NCBI GenBank assembly: GCA_951406725.2
Contig: OX597819.1
Location: 116,188,001-116,252,000 of the forward strand
Source: Octopus vulgaris
Lineage: Eukaryota
Length of the DNA: 64,000 nt
Reading direction: 5' to 3'
Shown here: positions 42,044-53,400 of the stretch, in pieces
How positions within the stretch are numbered: position 1 is the stretch's first letter
How the letters are laid out: each line of letters begins with the position of its first letter
Program-made: the position numbers and the translations under genes
Notes under the pieces: model-generated
The model's input: the letters and a program-made list of their open reading frames with translations, nothing else
Database searches by the model: none
What the model was told of the DNA's origin: nothing

Positions 42044-43688
42044 CATGTGTATAACTGCTACTTCTGCCTTGATAATGTAAAACGGTTCAATAAGAAAACC
42101 AAACAACACATGCAATACTCAGATATCCCATCTACCCGCAGAGCGGTTGCATACTCCGGGAAAATACTTGTGCCTGTATTTATTGCGGTGCCACATTTTG
42201 ATGACGAAGCCCTCAATTCACCTTCTACTGATGAAGATGAATGGTTTATGCCATCTGATTCAGGTTGACTACATCTCCGTGTAGTCAACCTGAATTTTAC
42301 TGATCTGGTCAGGGAATTGTACTTGCCTGAGCAGTATGCTGAATTATTGGCTTCTAGGCTGTCAGAGAAAAGACTGCTGACACCTGACATATGTGTCTCC
42401 TTTTGTCGTTACAGAAAATTAGAACTGTGGAAGTACTTCCATTCAGATGGTCAGCTTGTTTATTGTAATGGTGCTGAAGGGCTTCTTCTCAGTACACTAT
42501 TGCCGGCTTATGATTCACGTGAGTGGAGACTTTATTGACAGTTCTAAAAGTAGCTTGAGATGTTTTTTACTTCCCAACGGGAATTTGTATGTCTTAGTCC
42601 CAATAGGGAACTCTATAAAAATGAAGGGAAGAGTATGCCAATATAAAGATTGTTTGGAGAGGTTGCAATATCATGTTCATGAATTTGTATCGATTTGAAA
42701 ATGGCAAACATTTTATTGGGCCAGAAAGGAGGTTATGCTTTCTTTCCGATGCTACTAGAAGAATAGGGACACAAAGGAACACTGGGTGAAAAAATACTGA
42801 CCTCCAAGAGACAGTTTGATGCCGGGTGACAAGAACATCATTAATAACCCTCTGGATGATACGAAAAATATCGACTGTACCCCACTGCACGTAAAACTTA
42901 GTGTGATGAAGCAACTCCTTAATGAGTAGTCTCCACAGTGGAGCCTACTTCAGATATATATGTGCAACCTTTTCAAGTCTCAGCGACGAGAAGAAGGAGA
43001 CAAGAAAACTTGGACCTCAAATGAGAACATTCCACAGGGATCCATATTTTGTTAAAAAAAGAGTGCAACGTAGGCTAAATCTTGGAATACCTTCTCTGAT
43101 ATGGTGCGGAATTTATGAGGAACAGTAAATTTTGCTATCACCAACCTTAATTCGTACATGCTAATGTGCTTTGATTAAAACAAATTTGTATTTTAATTTA
43201 TTCAATTAAAAAAACGAAAACATTGCATTTACTTATGATTAATTGTTCATTGATGAATATTAAATAGTGGTTTCTAGCAACAGTAAAATATTTTATATCT
43301 CAACAAGGTGATATGATGGACAAAGTCTGATGCCCGATTCAGATTTAACACCCCAAAATTAGCTAAAACCATGCAAAAATCTTGTGCCAGAAAACACCAG
43401 TTCCTCGGAGTCATGTTTGGGTAGGTATGTTACCAAGCTATCGCCCCTCACAATTTACACCACAGAACATAGATAATGTAACAAGTAGAGGGAACGAAAT
43501 TTTGAGACACACTCCGCTGATATTCTTTTTCGGCTGATTATATTGAAACAACGTGAACCAAAGCGTATAATTGAAGACACAGGGCACTACTCGGTCCTCG
43601 TGCGTTTTAGCGTTTCTATGTATGTATATATGTATATACGTACGTATGTATGTATGTATGTATGTATGTATGTATGTATGTATGTATG

Positions 43689-43733
<45 letters not shown>

Positions 43734-44085
43734 TAGAGAAAAACACTATTATGGAATTCAAACAATGATAGAAAAAAATCATAAATAAAAAATACAATAC
43801 ATTTTTATAAAACATATAAGTAGATCACAAAAAGTATAAAAAATGAATAATCAATATATACTAAGTAAAAAAATCTACCTACGTTTCATGGTGATAATTA
43901 AATTCGAATTACAACTAAATTTGATAAGTATATATATACAAACGCTCAAAAATACGGGTATGTAGTGGTCTATAAACATATATACAGATACACACGTATG
44001 TGTGTGTGTATATATATATATACATGTGTGTGTATATATATATACATGCATATATGTTATATAAGGATATATTTAAATATATACA

Positions 44086-44118
<33 letters not shown>

Positions 44119-44310
44119 GTATAAATATACATATGTGTATATATATATACCTATATATAAGTATATATATGTACAGATATATATGTATATATATGTATAT
44201 ATATGTGCATGCCTATGTTATATAAGGATATATTTAAATATATATATATATGTATATAAATATACATATGTATATATATATATTTTATAAATATTTACAT
44301 GTGTATATAA

Positions 44311-44518
44311 TTTAGAGAAAAAAACCCTATTAAACAATTCAATAAAGATGTTATTCACACCATATAATAAAATATACTATAAAAACCTTATTTTAAATCA
44401 ATAAAGTACAATACATAGTAAAAAGTATTAAAGCATTAGTAAACTGTAGTATATGTTCTCTCTATGGTGTGAATAACATCTTTCTTTATTGAATTGTTTA
44501 ATAGTGGTTTTCTCTAAA
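44311..44518. repeat. Fold-back element, ~54-bp arms
   Basis: 44311-44364 pairs with 44463-44518; adjacent 44541-44605 is a reverse-complement relative of 12716-12782. Confidence 0.82.
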
Positions 44519-44629
44519 TGTTATACATATATTATATATAGTGAAATTTGATTTAAAACTATTAAATTGAATATTTTCCTGTAAGATTTGGAGTTATATT
44601 CCCTACTATTATATATATACATACAGATG

Positions 44630-44661
<32 letters not shown>

Positions 44662-44874
44662 GATCGCCATGATAGTCGCTATGATAGATCTTTAGCCGCT
44701 ACACACATTTTTTCTCACCTTTTTTCTCTCCTTGTATTTTTTGTGTCCCTTTCTGTAGACGAGCGTAGGCTCGAACCATAAAATACTTTTTCTATTCCTG
44801 AGCGTTATACTAATACATCTGTTTCTTTTGTACACCACCTGTCTTCGTCTTTTGTTTTTTTCGTAAACTCTCCC

Positions 44875-44876
<2 letters not shown>
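44662..44876 (+). mobile_element. Short PLE-pLTR-like element with HHR-like motif
   Basis: CTTT-CTGTAGA-C-GAGC-GTAG-GCTC-GAAC-CAT-A at 44749-44780; homologous to 55600-55795; flanked by (TA)n. Confidence 0.7.
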
Positions 44877-44913
<37 letters not shown>

Positions 44914-45002
44914 GTGTGTGCGTGTGTGTGTGTATATATATATATAACTTTACATATGTATATATATTTCCATATATATTAATGTACAGATTATATGCGT
45001 GC

Positions 45003-45054
<52 letters not shown>

Positions 45055-45055
<1 letters not shown>

Positions 45056-45486
45056 AAAAAGGAGATGTGGAACACGAGTTGTGATATATAAAAAAGGAAA
45101 TGAAGAAAATGCTGACAAAATAATTTAAGTAAGGGAGAGTGTATTTAATTAGGTGAAAGTTCTTTTTTTAAACAAAAAAAAGAGAAAAATTGGGTTAGGA
45201 TACAATGTTCATTTTTTTGTGAATGATTGCAGTGTATAAGAAAAAAAGTTAGAGTCTTTTACAGTGTTCTGTTTCAGTATAATATATTTAGTAAAAGTGT
45301 GTAATATACAGTTTTTTGTGGAAAAGTTCAATGTCAGATTTCAATGTAGAATAAAAAAAAAGTAAGAGTTTACCGGTTGCGCATTTGTTATGCTTATCAA
45401 TAGATATTTTGAGTGAGGTAGAGTTCCTTTCTGATTGATGAGAAAAAATACACTCTCCCTTACTTAAATTATTTTGTCAGCATTTC

Positions 45487-45490
<4 letters not shown>
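45055..45490 (-). mobile_element. Fold-back PLE-like remnant with decayed HHR
   Basis: 40-bp arms 45107-45146 and 45446-45485; minus strand TTGATAA-GCAT-AACAA-ATGC-GCAA-CCGGT-A at 45371-45400. Confidence 0.65.
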
Positions 45491-45544
<54 letters not shown>

Positions 45545-45689
45545 ATATATGTACGTATACACACACATACACACGCATAAATGTGGTTCACTTTAGAAGG
45601 TTAAATGTTTTTAGGAGAGGCAGTTATTAAAGACGTAGATTTTTGTAATATTAGTATATATCTACTATGCAGCTAAGAAGCTGACACTC

Positions 45690-46403
45690 AATCATTTATA
45701 ACTCCAGGTTCAAGGTGACGGCTATAACACCATTTTGTACCACCTGCTTGCCACAGCTGACTAGTTTGCAAAGTGCAGTCGCAACGCGAAAACCGTTTGG
45801 AAGTTGGCAATCCAATAAACTTTTGTATCAAACTGGGAAAAGACTTTACTGAAACATATGAGTGATGGATTAATCTGTGTGAGCCCAATCTCTGTTTTTC
45901 GCAAGTAAATAAAGTCTATCTGGCAGCTCGAGATAATCCTCTTTTTCGACAGCAATAGCATCATCTACATCTACTGCGTCTCTCTCCTGCCCAGGCGGTC
46001 GAGAAAGAGTACTTTGTGGTTGTTTTTAGGGAGTTGAAAGAGAGATTTCGTTAGATAGGTCAAAAGCCCTGCACTAGGCCACAATTCAATCCCAGGTACC
46101 AACTATGTGTTAGAGATGGCATCAAAATAGTCTGCCACCCTTCCTACAGACTACACCTTGTTCAATATAACTTTTGGTTGTTCCCTAAACTACAGAAGGT
46201 GATAGAAGCCGTGACAGATGTCTTGGGTACTTTCACCGTAGAAAACGCCCATGGATCCTTCACGAATTGGTACTATAACAAGTGGATTGAAGTCAGAGGA
46301 TCCTATTTTGAAGGAGCTTGGAGTTGTTTTTATTTTTTTACCTCACTGAATTCGATAAATATCTCGCTTGAAAACCCTCAAAACTTGTGGAATGCACTTT
46401 GTA
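45690..46403 (+). pseudogene. Internally deleted mariner relic
   Basis: FCIKLGKDFTETYE, IILFFDSNSIIY, HPSYRLHLVQYNFWLFPKL (YSPDLAP-like region), NKWIEVRGSYFEG. Confidence 0.8.
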
Positions 46404-46519
46404 TTTACATACTTCCACCCATCCATCCATTCATCCATCCCTCCATCCATTCATCCATTCATCCATTCATGCATACATACATACATGCATGCATACATAT
46501 ATACATACATACATAGACA

Positions 46520-47220
46520 TTCTAAAATGAAATCCGTCGGAAGGATACCTCCGAGGACAAAGAAATAGCAACGCACAATATGGTAGAAGCCATAGCCACC
46601 CATAATAAAAAGGAGTACTGGTGGAATGTCCCAGTGAAGACCTCAATAAAATCTAAACACAGCAGACCTGATATAAAGATTTGGTATAGGGAAGAGAAAC
46701 TGTAGGCAGTTGTGGAAATTAGTTGTTGATGTTAACATAAAGCTGAAGATCACCGAACAAGAGATCAGTTACTCTAAACTGTTCAGAAGTCGGCTGTTAC
46801 TGTATTCAGATTACAAGTTCAGGTTTATACCTGTAATTATTGGGGGTGGGGGTGGGATATGTAATACTGTAATACACTACAAAAATACCAGTCTTGAGAA
46901 ATTGGGCTTTTCAAAAGCAGAAAGGAGAAAGCTGATTCGAAGACTACAGATCCAAGCCATTACTGGAATTGTAAAAATCTGTAAAAAAACTTTCCAGAAG
47001 TTTAAATATATATGAGCATGTCTAGATATGCAACTATATGCATGAGAATACATACATACATACATACATACATACATACATACATACATACATACAAGCA
47101 AACAAACAAAAATACCCTGTTGTTGGTGTTGAAATTCCAATGAAGGAGCCTTGTATCTAGGTTAGAAACCGGAATATTCTTTATTGGTTGGCAAGAAATC
47201 TTGAAATAAAACTGAGGAAT
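46520..47220 (+). mobile_element. R4/Dong-like (RLE) LINE 3' fragment, copy 1
   Basis: HSRPDIKIWYREEKL, DVNIKLKITEQEISY, RFIPVIIG, LEKLGF (PD..D RLE domain) plus 3' UTR. Confidence 0.85.
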
Positions 47221-47224
47221 CACT

Positions 47225-48595
47225 CACATAACTTCAGTTTTGAAGTACTCTCTCAAATAGAGAGTATTTACTAACAAATTGAAAATAACCCACCAGACAC
47301 AATATTAAAAGCTCTTTACCAATTCGGGGATGAGTAAATATAGCATAATTTCCACATCAACAGTGACGTAGATCGCCCCTACCTAAAACGAAAAGAAGGC
47401 GGCAGCAGCTTAACATCAGTCCAGACTGCCTTTGAATGTCGTATCATGTCTCTTCGGCAATATCTTATAGCTACCAACTGTCGAAGTGCATCCCTTCACC
47501 AAGTTTGCATACATGAGTCTTATAACGTCATGAGAATTAGAAGGTCACACCTTTAGCAGCATTCCTTGTCTCAGTACCTTAAATGCATGTCCAAACGAGT
47601 CACACAACTCTACCACAATGTAGGATCAGATGAAAGGATGAGTGTATATCAGCAGAAGACCATACATGGATATATTAGTAGAAGGCTCCGGGATGATGGT
47701 AATATTGATCATCAAACAAGTCTAGCATGAACCAACAACCGGATTACTACTTCCCTCTGTAAAGAGTGTGTCCAAATATCTGATGGACATACAGGAAAAG
47801 CAGCAAAATGTGACAAGCGATACAGAGTTTGTGAAGTTAACACCGAAGATATCATCCACATCATAAGCAGGTGTCTGACAATGTCATCACGTTATTATTT
47901 ACCGATGACACGCACAATGTTGTAGCTAGGACACTATAGCGAGATCCATCCGAAGGATATCCCCGAGGACAAAGAAATAAGAACTCACTATATCGCAGAA
48001 GCTATAAGCCACTCTTGATAAAAAGGAGTACTGGTGGAATATCCTAGTGAAGACCTCAATATAATATAAACGCAATATACCTTATATAATGATTTAAGAC
48101 AAGGAAGAAAACTACAATTGTGGATGTGAACATCAAGCTATCTATCAGCCAAAAAAAGGATATCTCTGTTGAGCTGTTGCGAAATCTGCAGTTACTCTAT
48201 CTAGATTACAAGTTCAGGTTTACACGTAATGATTGGAGTATTGGGATGTGTATCACACTGACTAAATACTAATCTTGAGAAATTAGGCTTCTGAAAACCA
48301 GAAGGGAGAAAGCTGATTCGAAGACTACAAATTCAATCCATCACTGGAACTGCAAGAATCTGTAAAACTTTCCAGAAGTTTATTATTTAAGTATATATGA
48401 ACATGTCTAGATATGCAACTATATGCATGAGAATACAAACAAAAATAAACATACAAATCTGGTCGTAGGCATACATACACCCATGCAAAAATACTTTGTT
48501 GATGTTGAAATTTCAGGGAAGGAGCTTCGGGTCTAGGTTAGAAAACTGCTCTTGATCTATTGGCAAGATATCTTGAAATAGAACTGAAAAATGGC
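47225..48595 (+). mobile_element. R4/Dong-like LINE 3' fragment, copy 2
   Basis: DRPYLKRKEGGSSL, CCHC-knuckle relic RVCEVNTEDIIHIISRC, RLE C-terminus ICKTFQKFII*, 3' UTR. Confidence 0.87.
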
Positions 48596-48630
48596 ATGTA
48601 TGTATGTATGTATGTAAGTAGGTAGGTAGG

Positions 48631-48661
<31 letters not shown>

Positions 48662-48763
48662 TCGGGGTGAGTACTTGATAATTATAAGCACCTGTGTATA
48701 CCGTTTGGTGGTGTAGGTGGTGGAGTAAAATGATCAAAATAAAAACATGATGCCAAGGATTCA

Positions 48764-48841
48764 GCGGTACATATGTTTCGGGCCTTTATTAGACAGATTT
48801 ATAACAATGCATAATGTATGTCTGTGGCCTTCTTCAGCCGC
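48764..48841 (-). ncRNA. Minimal type I hammerhead ribozyme (mirror copy)
   Basis: Exact reverse complement of 49007-49084. Confidence 0.75.
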
Positions 48842-49006
48842 GCACAACAGCTTCCACAAGGACATGTATTACATCAATGAGAGAAGAAAGAGATGGACGC
48901 TTCAATTCTATGCTGTTGCCGCATTATGTCGTACGCGAATGAGAGGATTTGCATCCCCAACCAAGAATTTTTGATGTAACACATGTCCTTGTGGAAGCTG
49001 TTGTGC

Positions 49007-49084
49007 GCGGCTGAAGAAGGCCACAGACATACATTATGCATTGTTATAAATCTGTCTAATAAAGGCCCGAAACATATGTACCGC
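49007..49084 (+). ncRNA. Minimal type I hammerhead ribozyme, PLE type
   Basis: GCGG / CUGAAGA / A-GGCC..GGCC-C / GAAA / CAUAUG / UA / CCGC: stem I GCGG:CCGC, palindromic stem III ACAUAUGU, predicted cleavage after GUA (49080). Confidence 0.78.
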
Positions 49085-49113
49085 TGAATCCTTGGCATCA
49101 TGTTTTTATTTTG

Positions 49114-49177
<64 letters not shown>

Positions 49178-49271
49178 CATACATACATGCATACATACAT
49201 TTATACATACATGCAGGTATGTACATATGTATGCTTTAATGTATGAATGTACGTATGTATGTATGTTTGTA

Positions 49272-49800
49272 TGAAGACGCTTGGAATGGTTCCAGAAGAT
49301 ATAGAAATCCTTGCTTCAGATCGAGTTGGATGGCAAACAAAGGTATGGAGTGGAAAATAACAATTGAAGAGGCCACGATAATGTAAGTAAGACTCAAAAG
49401 AGATCTAAGGAAGATCGTAACGATCGAGAAGGTGAACAACAGTGACCTTTTTGTGCACAGTCTGTGATAGACCATGCCTGTTTTGTCTGACCTCGGATCT
49501 CATCTGCGAACGCATCGGAAACGAACCTCGATCAACAACTCTGGCTATATGTCTTTGCACACTTTTGAATGCAGTATATGCCAGGCTTGCAAATCCAACG
49601 GAAGCCTCAAAAGACATGTTAAGATCCACAAAGAGGAGAAATTATCTGCAGGTACTGATGGTCCAGATCAGAGATGTAATCTATGTGGGTGTCTTTTCAG
49701 AACATTGTCTGGTTTAAAACGTCACATCAGATGCCATGATGGTGTTAAGTTGTAGGTACAGGAGGTGGTCAAACGTTGTATAAGGAGTATACAACCACCA
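49272..49800 (+). mobile_element. RTE-class LINE 3' end with three C2H2 zinc fingers
   Basis: IEILASDRVGWQTKVWSG (RTE WExLAxDRxxW motif), then CTVCDRPC/GSHLRTH, CSIC..LKRHVKIH, CNLC..LKRHIRCH; frameshifted; ends in (TATG)n. Confidence 0.85.
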
Positions 49801-49810
49801 TGTATGTAAG

Positions 49811-49844
<34 letters not shown>

Positions 49845-49929
49845 TGTATGTATGTATGTATGTATGTATGCATGTATATATGTATGTATGTATGATGTAT
49901 GTTTGTATGTATGTAGGTGCATAAGTATG

Positions 49930-50778
49930 TATGTCATTCCTGGGTTTATTTCATGATTTTTTGCCAATAAAAAACCGGTTTCTAACTTAGATCTAGGCCC
50001 ATTCTTTGGAATTTTAGCAACATCACCAGGGTATATTTGAATGTATGTATGTCATTCAGTTTTATTTCAGGATTTCTTGCCAATAAAGAAAGAGCCGGTT
50101 ACAAACCTAGATCCAAGGTTGTTTCATTAGTATTTTAGCATCAACAACAGGGTAATTTTGTTCGTATGTATGAATGTATATGTACTCATTTGTTTGTTTT
50201 GCTTTATGTGTGTATTTCTCATGCATATAGTTACACAAAGTTATCAACCACCTCACCAACAACAACACTGAACACCTTTTTGATCTCCATGTGTCTAACG
50301 CACGTGGACATGCCTACAAAGTCAGAAAACAACACAGCTCCCATGACTTTCGGAAACATTTTTTCACGCTCAGAGTTGCTGAAGCATGGAATAAACTGCC
50401 TGAGTCAGTTGTTGACTGCCATGACACTGCATCCTTTAAGGCCCTCAATGCTTTCCGAAATCCGCCGAAACTACACCTGATTATATATACACTTTAGATG
50501 AGTTGTAGTGCACCTGAGCACTGTACACAATTATTATTATTTTTTTTTTTAATGTCTAGACATGCTCATATATATTTAAATGATAAACTTCTGTAAAGTT
50601 TTACAGATTTTTATTGCTCTAGTGATCGATTGAAACACTAGTCTTCGAATTAGCTTTCTCCTTTCTGGTTTTAAGAAGCCTACTTTCTCAAGATTGGTAT
50701 ATAAGCAGTGTGTTACATATCCCAGAGCTCCAATAATTACAGCTATAAACCTGAACTTGTAATCTGAATAGAGTATGC
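49930..50778 (-). mobile_element. R4/Dong-like 3' fragments (minus strand), one split by a CR1-like insertion
   Basis: YSDYKFRFIAVIIGALGY..ICKTLQKFII at 50576-50775; 3' UTR resumes at ~50235-50050; extra 3' UTR copy at ~49930-50040. Confidence 0.85.
50237..50550 (+). mobile_element. CR1/L2-group LINE 3' end
   Basis: ARGHAYKVRK..FRKHFFTLRVAEAWNKLPESVV..SFK; (TTA)n/T tail. Confidence 0.88.
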
Positions 50779-50907
50779 ATTTATGTATTATGTACGTCCG
50801 TATGAATGGATGGATGAATATATGTATGTATGAAAGCATGTATGTATGTATGCGTGTGTGTATGTTTATATGTTTATATATGTATATATGAATGTTTATA
50901 CACCCCC

Positions 50908-50954
<47 letters not shown>

Positions 50955-51410
50955 AGTATGTATGTATGTGTATATATATCTATACATACATACAAATACA
51001 CAGGCATACACGAACGATTTAAGCACGGATTTTCAATTACATGGACGCTACACTGTAATGAGAGAGAGAGTGAGAGGGAAGATTGTTAGCTATGGTGAGA
51101 GAGTGGATATTGGTTTCGTACCTATAAAGTGCTTGGCTGTATGGGTGACCCCTTCTGACACTGAAGTTTGACCACTTGACCAGGCGTTTGCGATAGACTC
51201 CGTCATTTACGAAGTTGAAGTTGCAATTACAATTCAAAATAAATTAATTGAAAACAAGGATTACATCGGCAACGGTTTTTTCGTACCACTATAACATGGC
51301 TGTTCTATAAAGAACTATGTAACCACATTTCAAGCCCAGGAAAACGTCTTTTCCGACTGGTCAACTACCAGTGTCCGATATGTTGTGATTAAGAGGGCGA
51401 ACCACTCCCC

Positions 51411-51457
51411 TCCAGCATACCATGGCTTCTGGGTTCTTAACCCTCATCAGTACTAGA
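51411..51457 (-). ncRNA. Minimal type I hammerhead ribozyme motif
   Basis: UCUAGUA / CUGAUGA / GGGUU-AAG-AACCC / A-GAAG / CCAUGG / UA / UGCUGGA; 7-bp stem I with G-U pairs; A15.1 is G. Confidence 0.7.
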
Positions 51458-51766
51458 CACCTTACTGCTATAGATGACAGTGAATTCGATCCTTTACTCA
51501 AAGTATATTGTTCACAAGTTGTGTGTCGTTAACCAGCTGGAAGAGATGCTTTCCCGGGGTTGAAATGCATAAACATAGATCTTTATGGAACAGCCATGTT
51601 ATAGTGGCAAAGGAAGTTACCGTCTAGTATTGTTAATAGTTATATCTCGTTTAGAGATTTTAGAATTCGCTACTTTACTCCTTACGGTATCATTTGCTGT
51701 CTGTCACTTCTTTGTTTATATACTATGAGTAGGGACGATTGACTTCCGTCTCTAGCAGGCAGATGT

Positions 51767-51811
51767 CCAGTACCGTTGAAGGGTAAAGACCCAGACAGCA
51801 GGGTCTACTGG
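51767..51811 (+). ncRNA. Diverged hammerhead ribozyme motif
   Basis: CCAGUA / CCGUUGA / A-GGGU-AAAG-ACCC / A-GACA / GCAGG-GUC / UACUGG; perfect 6-bp stem I, mutated core. Confidence 0.55.
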
Positions 51812-51916
51812 CCTTGCCAAACTGAAGGGGAGTGATTCGCTCCCTTACAATATATCGGACACAGGTTGCGTGTCGTTGAACAGCTGGAAAAGATGTTCTC
51901 CTAGGGTTAAATGTAG

Positions 51917-51972
<56 letters not shown>

Positions 51973-52314
51973 CCGTTTCTGTGTGCGTGTGTGAGTCTTT
52001 CTCTGGCGTCCCCACCCCGAGCAACAGCCCTTTACAGCCGGCGTTGGTGTGTTCACGTCACCTAGCATTTCGGCAAATGACCCGATCGAATAAGTACTAG
52101 GTTTAAAAAGAATGTCCTGGAGTCTTTTTCTCGTCTAAACCAATTCAAAGAGGCGCCCCAGTCGCAGCCCAAATGACGGGAACTAGTATGATAAAGTGAA
52201 ACACAACAAAAAGATGCATCGACAGATATGTTCATGAGTTTGATATCTCTGTGAGATACATTCAAGATATAGGATTTTATAAATGGTGCTGGATAGACGC
52301 TCATAATATAAGAT

Positions 52315-52352
<38 letters not shown>

Positions 52353-52431
52353 TTCTATATATCTATCTATCTCTCATCTATATATATACATCTATATATC
52401 TACATCTATATCTATTTATGTTTCTATATAA

Positions 52432-52493
<62 letters not shown>

Positions 52494-52851
52494 AAATGTA
52501 TGTGTGTGTGTGTGCGTATGTTTGTCGATTTGTATGTGTGTATGGTTCTGTGTGCATATGTGTTAGTGCGTGCGTATGTATACTCATAAAGATACGTATG
52601 AAGTATAGTATTGAATAATAAATATTTCTGTAAATTATATCTCCGTTTCGAGTTGTAAATTTAATTTATATTCCTTTATTGTTTCACGCTTAACGAACTC
52701 GAAATCATACGATATGCGGCGTTATAAAATGCTAGCAAAATCTGAGAGTATTTATGTGAAAAACATTCTGTACAGCCCCTCACCCTGTTTTTCTCTTGTT
52801 ATCTCCGCCTCTCTTTCTCTAATATATATACAAGTATGCATGTATATGTTG

Positions 52852-52891
<40 letters not shown>

Positions 52892-53005
52892 GTATATGTA
52901 TGTATGTATGCATATATAAAATTTATTTGCGTAAACGATCTCTGTATCTTTATACATACATATATACATACATATGAATATATATATATATATATATATA
53001 CATAC

Positions 53006-53082
<77 letters not shown>

Positions 53083-53214
53083 CATTCAAATGTATTTAGT
53101 ATGTGTATATATATGCATGTATATATATATGTATCTATGTAACGCTTTCATTTTCTCTCTCTCTCTCTCACATACTTTATTTCTCTCTCTTTCTAAATAC
53201 ACACAAACGCACAG

Positions 53215-53248
<34 letters not shown>

Positions 53249-53346
53249 ATATATATAGATATATATATAATATAAACATATATATTGTATGTATATATTA
53301 TATATGCGCTCTCACAAATATACAAACGTATATAAGATTGTATTCG

Positions 53347-53400
<54 letters not shown>

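Larger units (their letters stand above)
40584..43412 (+). mobile_element. Chapaev3-like (CMC) DNA transposon relic with three nested SINEs
   Basis: Begins CACTG; subterminal inverted segments ~40622-40680 and ~43308-43368; transposase motifs LGDQDKTWAPHKVCKT, PMVWREP, CYFC, AELLASRL, EWRL/FIDSSK, PLHVKL. Family name is from my recognition of these motifs. Confidence 0.75.
48733..49115. repeat. Near-perfect palindrome: 145-bp arms, 93-bp spacer
   Basis: 48733-48877 is the reverse complement of 48971-49115 with one mismatch seen (48868 vs 48980). Confidence 0.97.
51271..51915. mobile_element. Three pLTR-like segments in mixed orientation
   Basis: 51271-51366 pairs with 51527-51624; 51370-51490 pairs with 51735-51865; 51868-51915 repeats the start of 51522-51570. 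Confidence 0.8.

Noticed and set aside
49474-49755. Host C2H2 zinc-finger gene
   Set aside because: Frameshifted, preceded by an RTE motif, lacks TGEKP linkers and ends in a simple-repeat tail.
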